Positions 50,077 through 64,000 of a stretch of 64,000 nt of DNA are shown here, piece by piece. Origin of the DNA: the human T2T-CHM13v2.0 reference genome, Homo sapiens. Made by a program: the position numbers and the translations under genes. The notes under the pieces are model-generated. The model was not told the DNA's origin and searched no databases. It was given only the letters and a program-made list of their open reading frames with translations. Location of the stretch: NCBI RefSeq assembly GCF_009914755.1, contig NC_060927.1; one strand, written 5' to 3'. Positions within the stretch are counted from its first letter, which is position 1, and each line of letters begins with the position of its first letter.

Positions 50077-51343
50077 TTAACTTCAAGTCAAGGAGTTTCT
50101 CTTCCTGCAGAGTCTGTTGCTTAAGGCAGACAGTGGAGGTGATGCTGGAAGTGTAGGCTGTGGTGGGGTGAATTTCTTGCTTAGTAGTTCAGGTTTTATT
50201 GTGAGCAGTGGGAATTCAATGAGAAAGGGGGAGTAGCAGAGGTCCTGAGATGTAGGGAGCGCAAGAGAGTGGGATCCACTAGCAAGATTTACAAGGCTGT
50301 GGTTCCACCAAGGCAAGCAAAGCTTTCATTAACATGAGAAGGTAGCAGGTGTGTTCTGCAAAGCAATTGAGATGTTTAAGAGAATTTTGCAACAGTAGAA
50401 TACAGCAGTGTTTCCCTGAATGTGTCCCTTGAGATTGTAATTGGTATACAGGGAAATGAAGGGAGATATGGAGAGCCACGTAAGTGTGGGAAACACAAAG
50501 CCAAATCAAATCACGTGGGTTCTGTACTGCAGGTTTCTCAGAGCTTTTATCTCCCTCATGTGCAATGTGAATGGCCAGGTTTGAGTGGTAGTGGGGGCTG
50601 GATATAGAAGATAGATATAAGTATAGAAGCATTTCCAAAGTCTGTTTAGCTACAGGATCCTTATCCTCTGAGATTATTGAATAGGACACACTTTGGGAAC
50701 TGCTAGAATTGGAGTTAATTGGAGTTACAGAGGCTCCCATAGCAGGGATTAAAAGAGGGCTGCGGGGAAGGGAGAAGTCAGGGAAGGGAAACTTCTGAAT
50801 GGATAAAGATGAGCTTAAAGGAAAGGGCAGCTTAATCAAATGACAGTCACCTTGGACTGTGATCTGCTCACAGGTACAGAAGGGACATACTTAATTTAAG
50901 GTTCAAATCCCAATAGGAACCTCAGTGAAGGGGTGCTGCAGTTACATTGGCTTGGCTTGCTTAGATAGAGAAGCCTCAGTGGGGTTATACCTACCCCAGA
51001 AAAGATTGTCTTTTTTTTTTTTTCAGCAACTTCCAATAACAGTGAAAGTTGAGCCACCTTGGGCCAGAGTTGAGGGCTATTTCAGAAGCTCCTGTACAGG
51101 AAGATTGCTTGGGTTTGATGGTCCCTAAACAAGAGTCCCAGTAGTTGGGAAAGATGGGGAGGCAACTGTGGCAAGTCTGTGGAAATTCAGGCCCTCAAGT
51201 CTCTTTTAGAAAGAAGCAAACCAAAAGCTTGTCAATGCATGGGCCATTATGAATGTCGATCTTTTTTATGTAAGGTCGTTGCTTGATCTGCTTGTTTTTA
51301 TTCTTCCCTCCTTCATTAAACTTTGTGTTTTATTTGCCTTAAG

Positions 51344-51434
51344 ATTGTCCTAAAGCAGTTGGATGGGAAAAGAACCAGAAAGGAGGCATGGGACCAAGGA
51401 TGGTGAACCTCAGTGAATGTATGGACCCTAAAAG
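51344..51434 (+). CDS. ATG7: ATG7 coding exon 9 (91 nt), D297-R327(part)
   Basis: ccttaag|ATTGTC...AAAAG|gtatat; [29 protein letters not shown]. Confidence 0.97.
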
Positions 51435-51735
51435 GTATATTTGGGAAGCTGTTTTCTCCAGTCGGGCTTTTTGTAACCAAGACACACACCAAGTTCTGTC
51501 AGGCCAACACAACATTGTGTAATTCAGCCCAGGGGGTGCCAGTCATGCTGCCGTGTGTTACTCTGCTCTTCAATTGAAGTTTGGTTGTGAGAATTAATAT
51601 TAACAATGCATATCCTGAAGGGCACACTCTTCATCTGTTCTAGACATTCTAAATTTTGTTCTTGTTTAAAGCTCATGCTCTCAGACCACCAGCGTACCTG
51701 TACTGCCGTTCAGTCCTTTATGCATTGTCCTCTAG

Positions 51736-52057
<322 letters not shown>

Positions 52058-52141
52058 CCTTATTGGCCCACCTTGAAGGATATTAGAAGAATTATTTCAT
52101 GGAAGCCAGTATTGTGTTTAAGGGCGAATCTCAGTGCACTC

Positions 52142-52446
<305 letters not shown>

Positions 52447-52813
52447 TGAGCGCAGGAGATATGGGAGGCCTTATTAAGGAGATATGGGAGAAATTTCTGT
52501 TTTCAGTACTAGGAAAAACTTTCCTCTTAATCAGATGGTGTGTTTTTATTCATGGACACCATGATTCCTATAACTGGTCATGCTCTTCCCTTTTCACCTT
52601 GGCTGCTGGAACTCAGTATCAAATCTGTGGCCCCCTCGTTGCAGAGGACTCCAACAGCATGCTGCTGGGTGGGAAGCTTTCTCCTCCCTGCTTACCCTCC
52701 AGTTTAATTTTCTTTTTCCTTTGATCCCAATTTCCTTATTATTTCTTATTTTCTTGCATAGCCACTTGAAATCTTTCAGAACAAGATTATTGCATAAAGG
52801 AGTGACTGAATAA

Positions 52814-53020
<207 letters not shown>

Positions 53021-53592
53021 TAGCTTCTCTTCTTGTTTTACTCTCATGATTGCCTTCCATCTCCCAGCTCCCCATCCCCTCCATCTCTCCCTCCCTTCCT
53101 TTTTCCTTTTCTTATCTTTTTAAGTGTAAAAGAAATACAACCTTTTATCATCAGATAGAAACAGAAAGTCCTCCACACCCATCGCAAGTCCCATTTCCTA
53201 TTAAGCAGACTTTGTAGATTAGTATGCAGCCTTTTTCCCAGATGTTATTGTAGACATATCTAAATATAGAGAAATCAGTATCTTTGCTGATATTTATTTG
53301 TATTTATAAAGATTAGATCATAGCATACTATCTATAACAGGTTTTTATTTTTAACTAGATAGAAAAATGACTGTAGCTACCTTTCTGTGTTTCCATAGTA
53401 TGTATGTGTAGTATTTTGTTGTATGACTATGTTCTTTATTTAATCAATTTCAGATTACTTTCTATTTTTTTCTATTAGATACTGTTCTCTATTAGAGAAC
53501 ATTCTTATACTTGTATGTTTATATATCCATAGGATTTTTTTTTTTAGGAAAAAAACCCTGGACATAGAATTACTGTGTTAGAGAGAGTATAG

Positions 53593-53973
<381 letters not shown>

Positions 53974-55270
53974 TGAGACACAGAACTTTTTTCCACGCTC
54001 TTGCCAAAACTGGATATATCAACTTTTGAAATCTCAGTCAGTTAAGTAACATTTATTGTTTGAATTTGTGTTTCTTTAATTAGCAAGGGTGAGTTTAATT
54101 TTATTTCTTTTGTGAGTTTTATTTCTTTTATTCATGTTCTTTGGGTTGTGTCTTTTATTGATTTAGAGTTCTTTTTATTGGGGCAATTAACCTTTTTTCT
54201 GTAATATGATGCAAATATTTTTCTCAGTTTATCTAAGGTGTCTTTAGCCATATAAAAGTTTTTTTCAGCTTTATGTTATTATATGTGTCAGTCTTTTCCT
54301 TTGTGGGTTATGGAACTCTTGTTTTTATGTTAGAGCTTTATGAATGTGGAAATTTTTTGGTTACATGATAAGGGGTAAAGATCTAGCTACTTTTGCACAA
54401 AATGGATTGTTAGTTGTTTTAATGGCATTTATTCAGTAATCTAAATCATCATTTTTCTGTCTTTATCAAATGCTAAACCCCCTTATATACCTGAGTCTCT
54501 TTATGGATTCTCTATTTTGACTCATTGATCTATTTTTTTATTCCTATATTCATGCTCACTGTTTTAGTTGAAATTACAATGAATTTATAGATAAATTAGA
54601 AGGGATTGATGTATTTTTATGACATTAATCCTTAGTTCTGGGAGCATGGTGTATCTCTTAATTAGATCATCTTTGTTTTTCAGTAGCATTTTCTTTATAT
54701 AGGCCTTCCATGTATCTAATTGGGTTTAAATATGGTATTTCTGCATATTTAATGATGTTTTTTCCTTTAGAGATATTTTCTCCCGTTAAACTTTCCAGTT
54801 GACTATTACTGGGATGTAGGAAAAATAGTGAATTTTGCATATTTGTCTTTGGCCATCTTTCTAAACTCTCTTAGTTCTAAGAGTTTTTTGATTCTTTTGT
54901 AGCTTAATAGTATTCCTCACCAACACTTATATCTTCCTTTTCCTTGTCTTATAAGATTGGCTAGAACTCCACAGTAATGTAGAAGAATGGCAGTGAGAGT
55001 TGATATCTTTGTTTTATTGCTGACTTTAATGAGAGTGCCTCTTGTTTTTATCTTTAATTTTGATGTTGGTTTCTGGTAAGTGTTCTTTATAATTTAAAGA
55101 AGCTGATTTCTGTTTCTGCACGTTTATATCAGAAATGTCGAGCTTTATCAACTACGTTTATCAAGACAAAGTATTCTAATGTTGAGCATTCCTAGAATAA
55201 ACCCTATTTGTACGTGGTATCTTATTCTTCTCATATACTCTTGAATTCAATTAGTAATGTTTTGTTTTTA

Positions 55271-56221
<951 letters not shown>

Positions 56222-58557
56222 CTAGCTTTAAAAATTAATTGACATAAAATACATATGGTATTCTCTTTTAAATCTTCCTTTTATCTTTTAAAAAATCTTT
56301 TCATATTCCTAATGTTGTATATTTGTGTTTTCTCTTTTTTCCTCATATTAAGCCTTGCTAGAGAGGCTTGTCTATCAGTTTTTTTGGAGCATTACTTTAT
56401 TTATTCTATAATTTTTGTTTCTGTCTCATTTTGCTTTCAGATTCGTAAATATCTACTTTTATCTTTATTAATTTTTTCCTCCTTCTGTGGAATTTATTTT
56501 ACTGTCTTTTTCTAGGTTCTAGAATTTTTAGATGCTTAGATTTTCCTAACATTTTTCAAAATTTCAAAGTCAACATAAAGCCATTATAGAAAATATAAAA
56601 GTCATAAAGCAGGAAAGAAGACACTCATTTTCCTACCGCTTTTTCACTTGTCACATTTCAGTGTTTAATGTGTATTTTAACATTTTATTAGATATATAAT
56701 AATGTCCTTTGCTCTTACCAATTAACATGTCATTAAAAATGATGCCTGTCTATGAGGCCTTTTTATTTTTTGGGACAGGTTCTGGCTTTGTTGCCCAGGC
56801 TGGACTGGACCTTGTGATGTTCCCACCTTGGCCTCCCGAGTAGTCAGGACTGCATGAGTTCACTGCAATGTCTGCTAAAGCTTTATGACTGTAGAATATG
56901 CCTTCTGATAGGATGAAACATAACTTACTGAACCCTTCTCCTAATGTTCAGCATTAACATTGTTTCCAGTTTTTTACAATTGTAAATTGTGCTGCAAAGA
57001 ACATCTTTGTGACTGCATCTTGGTCAGTATGTCAGATTATTTCTTAGGATAAATTGCTGGAAATAGGTCATAGGATATGGGTATTCTTAAGATTCTAGAA
57101 ACATACTGCCAAATTGCTTTCCAGGAAGATTAGACCACTTTAACATTCTCAATCAGTAGGATGATTTTCTCCCTACCACATCCTCACCAGCATTGAGTAT
57201 TGTGATTTTCTTTAATCTTTGCAGATTAGCCATTTAAACTGTGTAGCATTCCAGGAAACCAAAAGTTAAGTGTGTGCAAATACACCTGCATGTGACTAAC
57301 CTATGGCATGTTTGTAATGTATCTGGCTTTCTTCCCACTACCCAGCACGTTCCCAGAGTGCCTTCCTTGCTATCCACTCATCAGTTGCTTTAAGGAATGC
57401 AAAAATACTTCAGAAATAAACATTCCCAAAGCAAGCACAAGTGACTTTATTCTGCCTCCATGGTAGGTTGCTTAGATGATGAAAATAATTTACAAAACTG
57501 GGTGGGTAGACCAAAAGGTTACCAGTGGGCTTCAAAACAGTCAGTCTAACCTATGCTTATGAAAGGCAGATTCTGGCCTGTCGTTCTCGACACAGAAAAC
57601 AAATCTTGGGTCCTTGTTGGCTGGATCTCTGAAACCTTCAATCTAATTGAGTCTCTCAGTTTCTAATGGAAAGATATTGAAATAAGAGAGAGCAGAATCT
57701 TAGCCTTGTAGCCAGTCATGGCAGGACATCTCTTAGGTCAGTATGCTTACTTATGATCTACTAAAATATACCCACTGTACCCTACCCCAAGAAGTAGGCA
57801 ACTTCATTTGGTTGCACCTCTGGAGAGCTCATTCATTCCCACCATTAACCAGATGTATCTCTTAGGCAAATCACTTATCTTTCCTGGGCATCAGTTTCCA
57901 TATCTGTAAAACAAAGTAATTGGACCAAGGATTTTAGAGATCCCATCTACCTTTAAAATCGTATGGTTTTATAAAACTGTTATAGGAGACATAATTGAAG
58001 TCTATAAAACCGTGAAAACTATTTCTAAGAATATAGACTTGTTCCCTAAATTCCAGATTATTAATAAGGCTTTGCCTCTTGAAGAAATGGTACAAAATGT
58101 TCTAAAATATCATACAGTGGGAAATAATTTGTGAGTCATTTTTTGGAGGAGTTCATTCAGGCTTTAAATGAGCTTCAAGAGTAGTTGTTATTTATACTTA
58201 ATTATTCGTTAAGGGAAATCAAGGACATTTAGGGGCTATTGCTAATCTTTTTAAAACAACAACATAGACAATTCTTATGGGATTCACCTCCAAATCTTTG
58301 GTGACACTGTCAAAAATAATTATTAGTCTGTTCCACTTGACATTTTTTAGTCTTATTACAGGAAACCAGGCACTGAGTATATAATTATGTTGTTTTCTAA
58401 GGAAAGTCAACATTCTGTTTATCGTAACCTGAATTTGCACAATTCAGTTTCTGAAGTTTCTTGTGTTTTGAGGTTCCCAAGCTTCTCCAAACCAATATTC
58501 TTTTTGAGATTTCAAGAGACAGCACCCTGTGAAATGTTCATCAGAAACACACCATGA

Positions 58558-58773
<216 letters not shown>

Positions 58774-58945
58774 TAAATGTTTAAGTCTTGGGAAATGAGG
58801 CCTGTGGCATTGAAGAAAGAGAGTCAGATATCTGTCACTTTCTACCAGCCACTCGCTATGTGGCTGAACCTCTGTTTCCTCATCTCAGAGAGGGATAAAA
58901 AAACACAACCAGGTCAGGCATGGTGGCTCATACCTGCAATCCCAG

Positions 58946-59984
58946 TGTGTCTGGAGTTGGTTCCTTCAGTGCGTTCTTGGTCTTGCTGACTTCAAGAATG
59001 AAGCCGCGGACCTTCGCAGTGAGTGTTACAGCTCTTAAAGATGATGTGTCCAGAGTTTGTTCCTTCAGATGTGTCTGGAGTTTCTTCCTTCCAGTGGGTT
59101 CGTGGGGTTCCTTCCGGTGGGTTCTTGGTCTTGCTGACTTCAAGAATGAAGCTGCAGACCTTCGCAGTGAGTGTTACAGCTCTTAAAGATGATGTGTCTG
59201 GAGTTTGTTCCTTCAGATGTGTCTGGAGTTTGGTGGGTTCATAGTCTCGCTGACTTTAAGAATGAAGCCACGGACGTTCGCATGTTACAGCTCTTAAAGG
59301 TGGTGTGGACCCAAAGAGTGAGCAGCAGCAAGATTTATTGTGAAGAACAAAAGAACAAAGCTTCCACAGCGTGGAAGGGGACCCAAGTGGGTTGCTGCTG
59401 CTGGCTGGGGTGGCCAGTTTTTATTCCCTGATTTGTCCCCACCCACGTCCTACTGATTGGTCCATCTTACAGGGTGCTGATTGGTCAGTTTTACAGAGTG
59501 TTGATTGGTGCGTTTACAAACCTTTAGCTAGACACAGAGCGCTGACTGATGCCTTTTTACAGAGTTCTGACTGGTGCATTTACAATCCTTTAGCTAGACG
59601 TAGAGCGCTGATTGGTATGTTTTTACAGAGTGCTGAGTGGTGCGTTTACAATCCTCCAGCTAGACACAGTGCTGACTGGTGAGTTTTTACAGAGTGCTGA
59701 TTGGTGTGTTTACAATCCTCTAGCTAGACACAGAGCGCTGATTGGTGTGTTTTTACAGAGTGCTGATTGGTGCGTTTACAGTCCTCTAGCTAGACACAGA
59801 GTGCTGATTGGTGTGTTTTTACAGAGTGCTGATTGGTGCATTTACAATCCTTTAGCTAGACACACAGCGCTGATTGGTGCGTTTCTACAGAGTGCTGACT
59901 GGTGCATTTACAATCCTCTAGCTAGACAGAAAAGTTCTCCAAGTCCCCACTCAACCCAGGAAGTCCAGCTGGTTTCACCTCTCA
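58946..59984 (-). mobile_element. ERV9 solo LTR (LTR12 family)
   Basis: Minus strand begins TGAGAGGTGAAACCAGCTGGACTTCCTGGG and ends ...CCAGACACA. Tandem CCAAT-bearing U3 repeats, AATAAA-type TATA box (59420-59425), poly(A) signal (59334-59339); 4-bp TSD CCAG/CTAG. Confidence 0.95.
59450..59930 (-). repeat. LTR12 U3 tandem repeat (about 66-bp units) with 10 perfect CCAAT boxes
   Basis: Repeated GCTGATTGGTGCGTTTACAATCCTCTAGCTAGACACAGA / GCTGATTGGTGTGTTTTTACAGA; ATTGG counted 10 times on +. Confidence 0.93.
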
Positions 59985-61007
59985 CTAGCACTTTGGGAGG
60001 CTAAGGCAGGAGGCTTACTTGAGCCCAGGAGTTTGGGACCAGCCTGGGAGACATAGTGAGACCCTATCTCTTTAAAATAAAATTAGCCAGGTGTGGTGGT
60101 GGTGTGCATCTGTAGTCCCAGCTACACTAGTGGCTGAAACAAAAGGATTGCTTGAGCCTAGGTGGTCAAGGCTGCAGATTTTGAGCTGTGATCATGCCAT
60201 TTCACTCAAGCCTCGGTGACAAGGCAAAACACTGTCTATATAATAATAATAATAATAAATAATCCATCTCACATATTCTTGTGAAAACGAAAGGAATGTA
60301 TGAATAAATGTTTTGTAAGTTGCACAGCATTATGAGTTTAAGTTGAGGAATTTAGGAGTGTATATATTTTTATATCCTGCCTGGTTCCAAAGAGGTTTAC
60401 AGTGGCTCAGATCTAATGTGTTATTTTTCCTCCATCACCAGGATACTTGGTGGTTACTTAGTACAGGTTTATGAAATTAAATTGAATGCAAGTCTTCATG
60501 AAGAAGAAAGATTGGGCTGAAAGTTTAGCTTTTTGCTCTAGCTGCTTCTGGTTTTTGAGTTATATCATTAGAAATACCAGATAACAAGAGAAAAGTCATT
60601 CAGCTCCTTTCATTTAAAATCTTGACAGTTTTCTTTTTTTAAGGTCAACCAGCAAATGATATCCTGCCTCTTGAAAACTTAATCATTTTATCTGACAGGA
60701 GTTAGATTAGGTGTCTCCAGAGCATTTGCTTATACTTAAAGTGCCAGAAGAGGTTCTCAGTCCTAACAAAACAAACAAAAAAACCCACTTTCTCAAAGTT
60801 TCTCTCTTTAGTCACTTTGTATTAGATTCATCCATTTTAAAAATCTTTGCTTTAGAAGCATTGTTAATGTTTTTGTCCATTTCACTAGAGTCCCTGAGGA
60901 ACATCATCTTGGGTTTAACAGTATTAATTGACCACCCACTATGTAGCCAGCTATGTGCTAAATGCTGAAAAAAATAAGAATACGTTGCAACCCTGTCATT
61001 GAGGAGG

Positions 61008-61500
61008 CATATTAGTTAGATTTCTGCTGTGACAATATTGCATATCACACAATCCCAAAATCTCAGTGGCTTACAATTGCAAACATTTATTTCATGTTCA
61101 TGGGTGTGCAGGTTGGCTGTGGTTCAGCTGTGTCACTAGGCTGAACTTACTCAATAAGCCACATAACTTCGAGTCAGGTTCCAGTCCATTGTATGTGTTA
61201 TTTTCAAAATCTAGGCTAAAGGAGGAACAGTCATGTGGGTCCTACTCTTCCTATGGTGGAAGGTTTAAGCTTAAAAGGGTTGGTGATTATTATGCCTTAA
61301 AGTCTTAGCTCAACAGTGGTACAGTGCAATGTCTTCCATTTCTGTTACCAAAGCGAGTCACAGGACCAAGCCCAAAGTCAATGACATTAGTCAATGTACT
61401 CTTCCTGGTAGGAGGTCTTGCAAAGGTCATGTTGCAAAGAGTGAGGATATATAATATTACTAGAGGGAGGAGGTGCCTAATTGGGAAGAATAATCCAGTC
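61008..61500 (-). mobile_element. MLT1 (MaLR) LTR
   Basis: CAAAATCTCAGTGGCTTACAA...ACATTTATTTCATGTTCA...CAAAGCGAGTCACAGGACCAAGCCCAAAGTCAA. Confidence 0.65.
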
Positions 61501-61502
61501 TA

Positions 61503-61645
61503 GGCTGCGCACAGTGGCTGAAGCTTGGAAACCCAGTGCTTTGGGAGGCTGAAGTGGGAGGAGATCGCTTAAGGCCAGAAGTTCGAGACCAGCCTGGGCA
61601 ACCTAGTTGAGACCCTAGCCCAAAAAAAAAAAAAAAAAAAAAAAA
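61503..61645 (+). mobile_element. FLAM-type Alu monomer with long poly-A
   Basis: Left-arm-only sequence; AATAATCCAGTCTA / AATGATCCAATCTA flanks. Confidence 0.8.
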
Positions 61646-62550
61646 GCAATGATCCAATCTATCATTGGAGAGTATTATGAACTCCCTTTAGGACCCAGAC
61701 AGACCTGGCTTTGAACCTGAGCTCTGTCACTTATTAGATGCCTGAAATTTTTGTTTACTCAAATCCTAGTCATTGTCAGTGACCCAATACAATTCCCCCT
61801 TCCCACTGTTTATTTGTTTAGTTGCTCTATTACTTACTTGCGTGTCAGGTAGTGTATTTAAGACCTCCCGTGTTCCAGGGACAGGGGAACTAGACAGACA
61901 TGTGGAGCTTAAAGTCTAGTGGGGGATGGTCATTAACAAATAATTTCACAAATACTTATCATTGTAATACATGCAGGAAGCAGGAGCTCAGTTGCCATGA
62001 GAATATATAACAGGTAGGCCTGACCTAGATGAGGGGTGGACTGGGAAGACTTGAGAAAACAAACCCCTGAAGGATGAGTGGGAGTTAGCTAGATTGAGGG
62101 TAGCAGAGCTGTCTGTGCAAATGCCTGAGGTAGGATGAGTGTGGTACTTTTGTGGAACTGAAAGAAAACCAGGGTGGCTGCAACATAGAGGTCAAAGAAG
62201 ATGAGGAGGAAGAGAAGGCTGAGGTGGGAGCAAGGGACGCCATGCTGGGCCTGAGAGAGCAAGTCCAACTGTTCTTGGAAACAGCCCCCTGGCATCGAGC
62301 CTCTTCCTTCACACTTACATTGTGTTACTCTGTTTTCCCTGTTGGACTATTAAGTCCCCCAGGCCACGGTCCAAGTCTTTTATACTTTTATCCTTCATGC
62401 CTTATAAATAATAGGAGATAATATACACAACCCATCAAAGTACTGGTGTAATTCATCACGTTCATGAAAAATACTTGCGAAACTATTTAACTTATTGGTT
62501 AGCCAGCCTTAAGGGGCTTTCCTTATATGCTTGATTTAGTATAGTTTCTT

Positions 62551-63267
62551 TTTTTTTTTTATTATACTTTAAGTTCTAGGGTACATGTGCACAACATGCA
62601 GGTTTGTTACATATGTATACATGTGCCATGTTGGTGTGCTGCACCCATCAACTCATCATTTACATTAGGTATATATCCTAATGCTATCCCTCCCCCCTCC
62701 CTCCACGCCACGACAGGCACTTGTGTGTGATGTTCCCCATCCTGTGTCCAAGTGTGCTCATTGTTCAATTCCCACATATGAGTGAGAACACGCGGTGTTT
62801 GGTTTTCTGTCTTTGTGATAATTTGCTCAGAATGATGATTTCCAGCTTCATCCATGTCCCTACAAAGGACATGAACTCATCCTTCTTTATGGTTGCATAG
62901 TATTCCATGGTGTATATGTGCCACATTTTCTTAATCCAGTCTATCATTGATGGACATTTGGGTTGGTTCCAAGTCTTTGCTATTGTGAATAGTGCCGCAA
63001 TAAACATATGTGTGCATGTGTCTTTATAGCAGCATGATTTATAATTCTTTGGGTATATACCCAGTAATGGGATGGTTGGGTCAAATAGTATTTCTAGTTC
63101 TAGATCCTTGAGTAATCGCCACACTGTCTTGCACAATGGTTAAACTAGTTTACAGTCCCACCAACAGTGTAAAAGTGTTCCTATTTTTCCACATCCTCTC
63201 CAGCACCTGTTGTTTCCTGACTTTTTAATGATCACCATTCTAACTTGTGTTAGATGGTATCTCACTG
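62551..63267 (-). mobile_element. 5'-truncated L1PA element (ORF2 C-terminus plus 3'UTR)
   Basis: ORF2 remnants ...[21 protein letters not shown] and ...MFIAALFTIAKTWNQPKCPS; poly-T; perfect 18-bp TSD GATTTAGTATAGTTTCTT at 62533-62550 and 63268-63285. Confidence 0.95.
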
Positions 63268-63857
63268 GATTTAGTATAGTTTCTTCATTCAACAGATACT
63301 TATTCATCACCTTCCTTCTACCAGGCCACGGAGAAAAGGCTTGACCTAAGTAAACAAGACATGGTTCTGCCCTCATAGAGCTTATATTTTATTGAATTAT
63401 AATTGAAATACTAAATGCTAAAAGGGATAAGTAGACATTGCTCAGGAAATATAGAAGAGCAGGACCTGGACAAGTGTGGGGCATGTGCCAGGGAAAGCCT
63501 TCTTAAGGAAGTAACATTTGGTCCAAGCTCTGAAGGAATTGATCAGAAGAGGTCTTGAGGAGGGAGGCAAGGACCAGAGAGTGGTGGGAAAGGCCAGTGG
63601 CCAGGAGGAGCATTCCAGGGAAGAAAATTGGCCTTTTGAAGGTAAGAACTGTGTTAAATGCAGACTTCCTAGATATTTGGTTACCTGGAAAAGTTAGAAA
63701 GATTGGTTTTATTAATGCAAGATTATCTAATTTGGGGTATTCCTTACTTGTTAAGTTATTGCAAGATTCTAATCTCAGTGCTTGAAGTCGAGTGACATTT
63801 GACTTGGAAAAGAAAAAAATAATGGGTGATAGACCCTTTAAAAATGTTTAAATTTTG

Positions 63858-64000
63858 GGCCGGGCACAGTGGCTGATGCCTATAATCCCAGCACTTTGGG
63901 AGGCTGAGGCGGGTGGATCACGAGGTCAAGAGATCGAGACCATCCTGGCCAACATGGTGAAACCCTGTCTCTACTACTAAAAATACAAAAATTAGCTGAG
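63858..64000 (+). mobile_element. Alu (cut by window end)
   Basis: GGCCGGGCACAGTGGCTGATGCC...AAAATACAAAAATTAGC. Confidence 0.9.

Larger units (their letters stand above)
58912..60262 (+). mobile_element. AluJ-type element split by the LTR12 insertion
   Basis: GGTCAGGCATGGTGGCTCATACCTGCAATCCCAG ends 58945 and resumes (CTAG)CACTTTGGGAGG at 59985; (TAA)n tail near 60240-60262. Confidence 0.9.

Noticed and set aside
50279-50839. Longest ORF in the track (186 aa, minus strand)
   Set aside because: No recognisable domain, low-complexity Ser/Leu/Pro content, and it appears to run across old L2/hAT-like repeat sequence.
59371-60004. Repetitive ORFs (LQSADWCVYNPLARH) and a CRISPR-like periodic array
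   Set aside because: This is the LTR12 U3 tandem repeat: no unique spacers, eukaryotic context.
62607-63376. ORFs resembling L1 ORF2
   Set aside because: A roughly 720-bp 5'-truncated L1 with an in-frame stop; it cannot encode active ORF2p.

Overview
Primate (very probably human) genomic DNA lying inside the autophagy E1-like enzyme gene ATG7 on the + strand. Eleven coding exons, all with canonical GT-AG boundaries, join into an uninterrupted 1284-nt ORF for ATG7 residues 1-428: the N-terminal E2-binding domain with the FAP motif, then the start of the adenylation domain with GAGTLG. The promoter, upstream non-coding exons and the catalytic-Cys exons lie outside the window. The introns hold about 45 Alu elements, L1/L2/MIR fragments, Tigger and hAT DNA transposons, MaLR LTRs, an antisense RPL13A processed pseudogene and an antisense ERV9/LTR12 solo LTR inserted into an Alu. 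The most interesting hypotheses are: (1) the two start-codon exons sit between inverted Alus and would back-splice into a 225-nt circle with an endless, stop-free ORF through the native AUG; (2) intron 42141-43684 has a weak donor, an in-frame hydrophobic read-through tail with a nearby AATAAA, and an acceptor lacking an adjacent pyrimidine tract with four tandem AGs; (3) an Alu whose poly(A) tail is replaced by a strong G-quadruplex motif; (4) a CCAAT-rich LTR12 promoter pointing antisense into an ATG7 exon. Repeat family names and ends were assigned by eye and are approximate. All functional findings are untested predictions.
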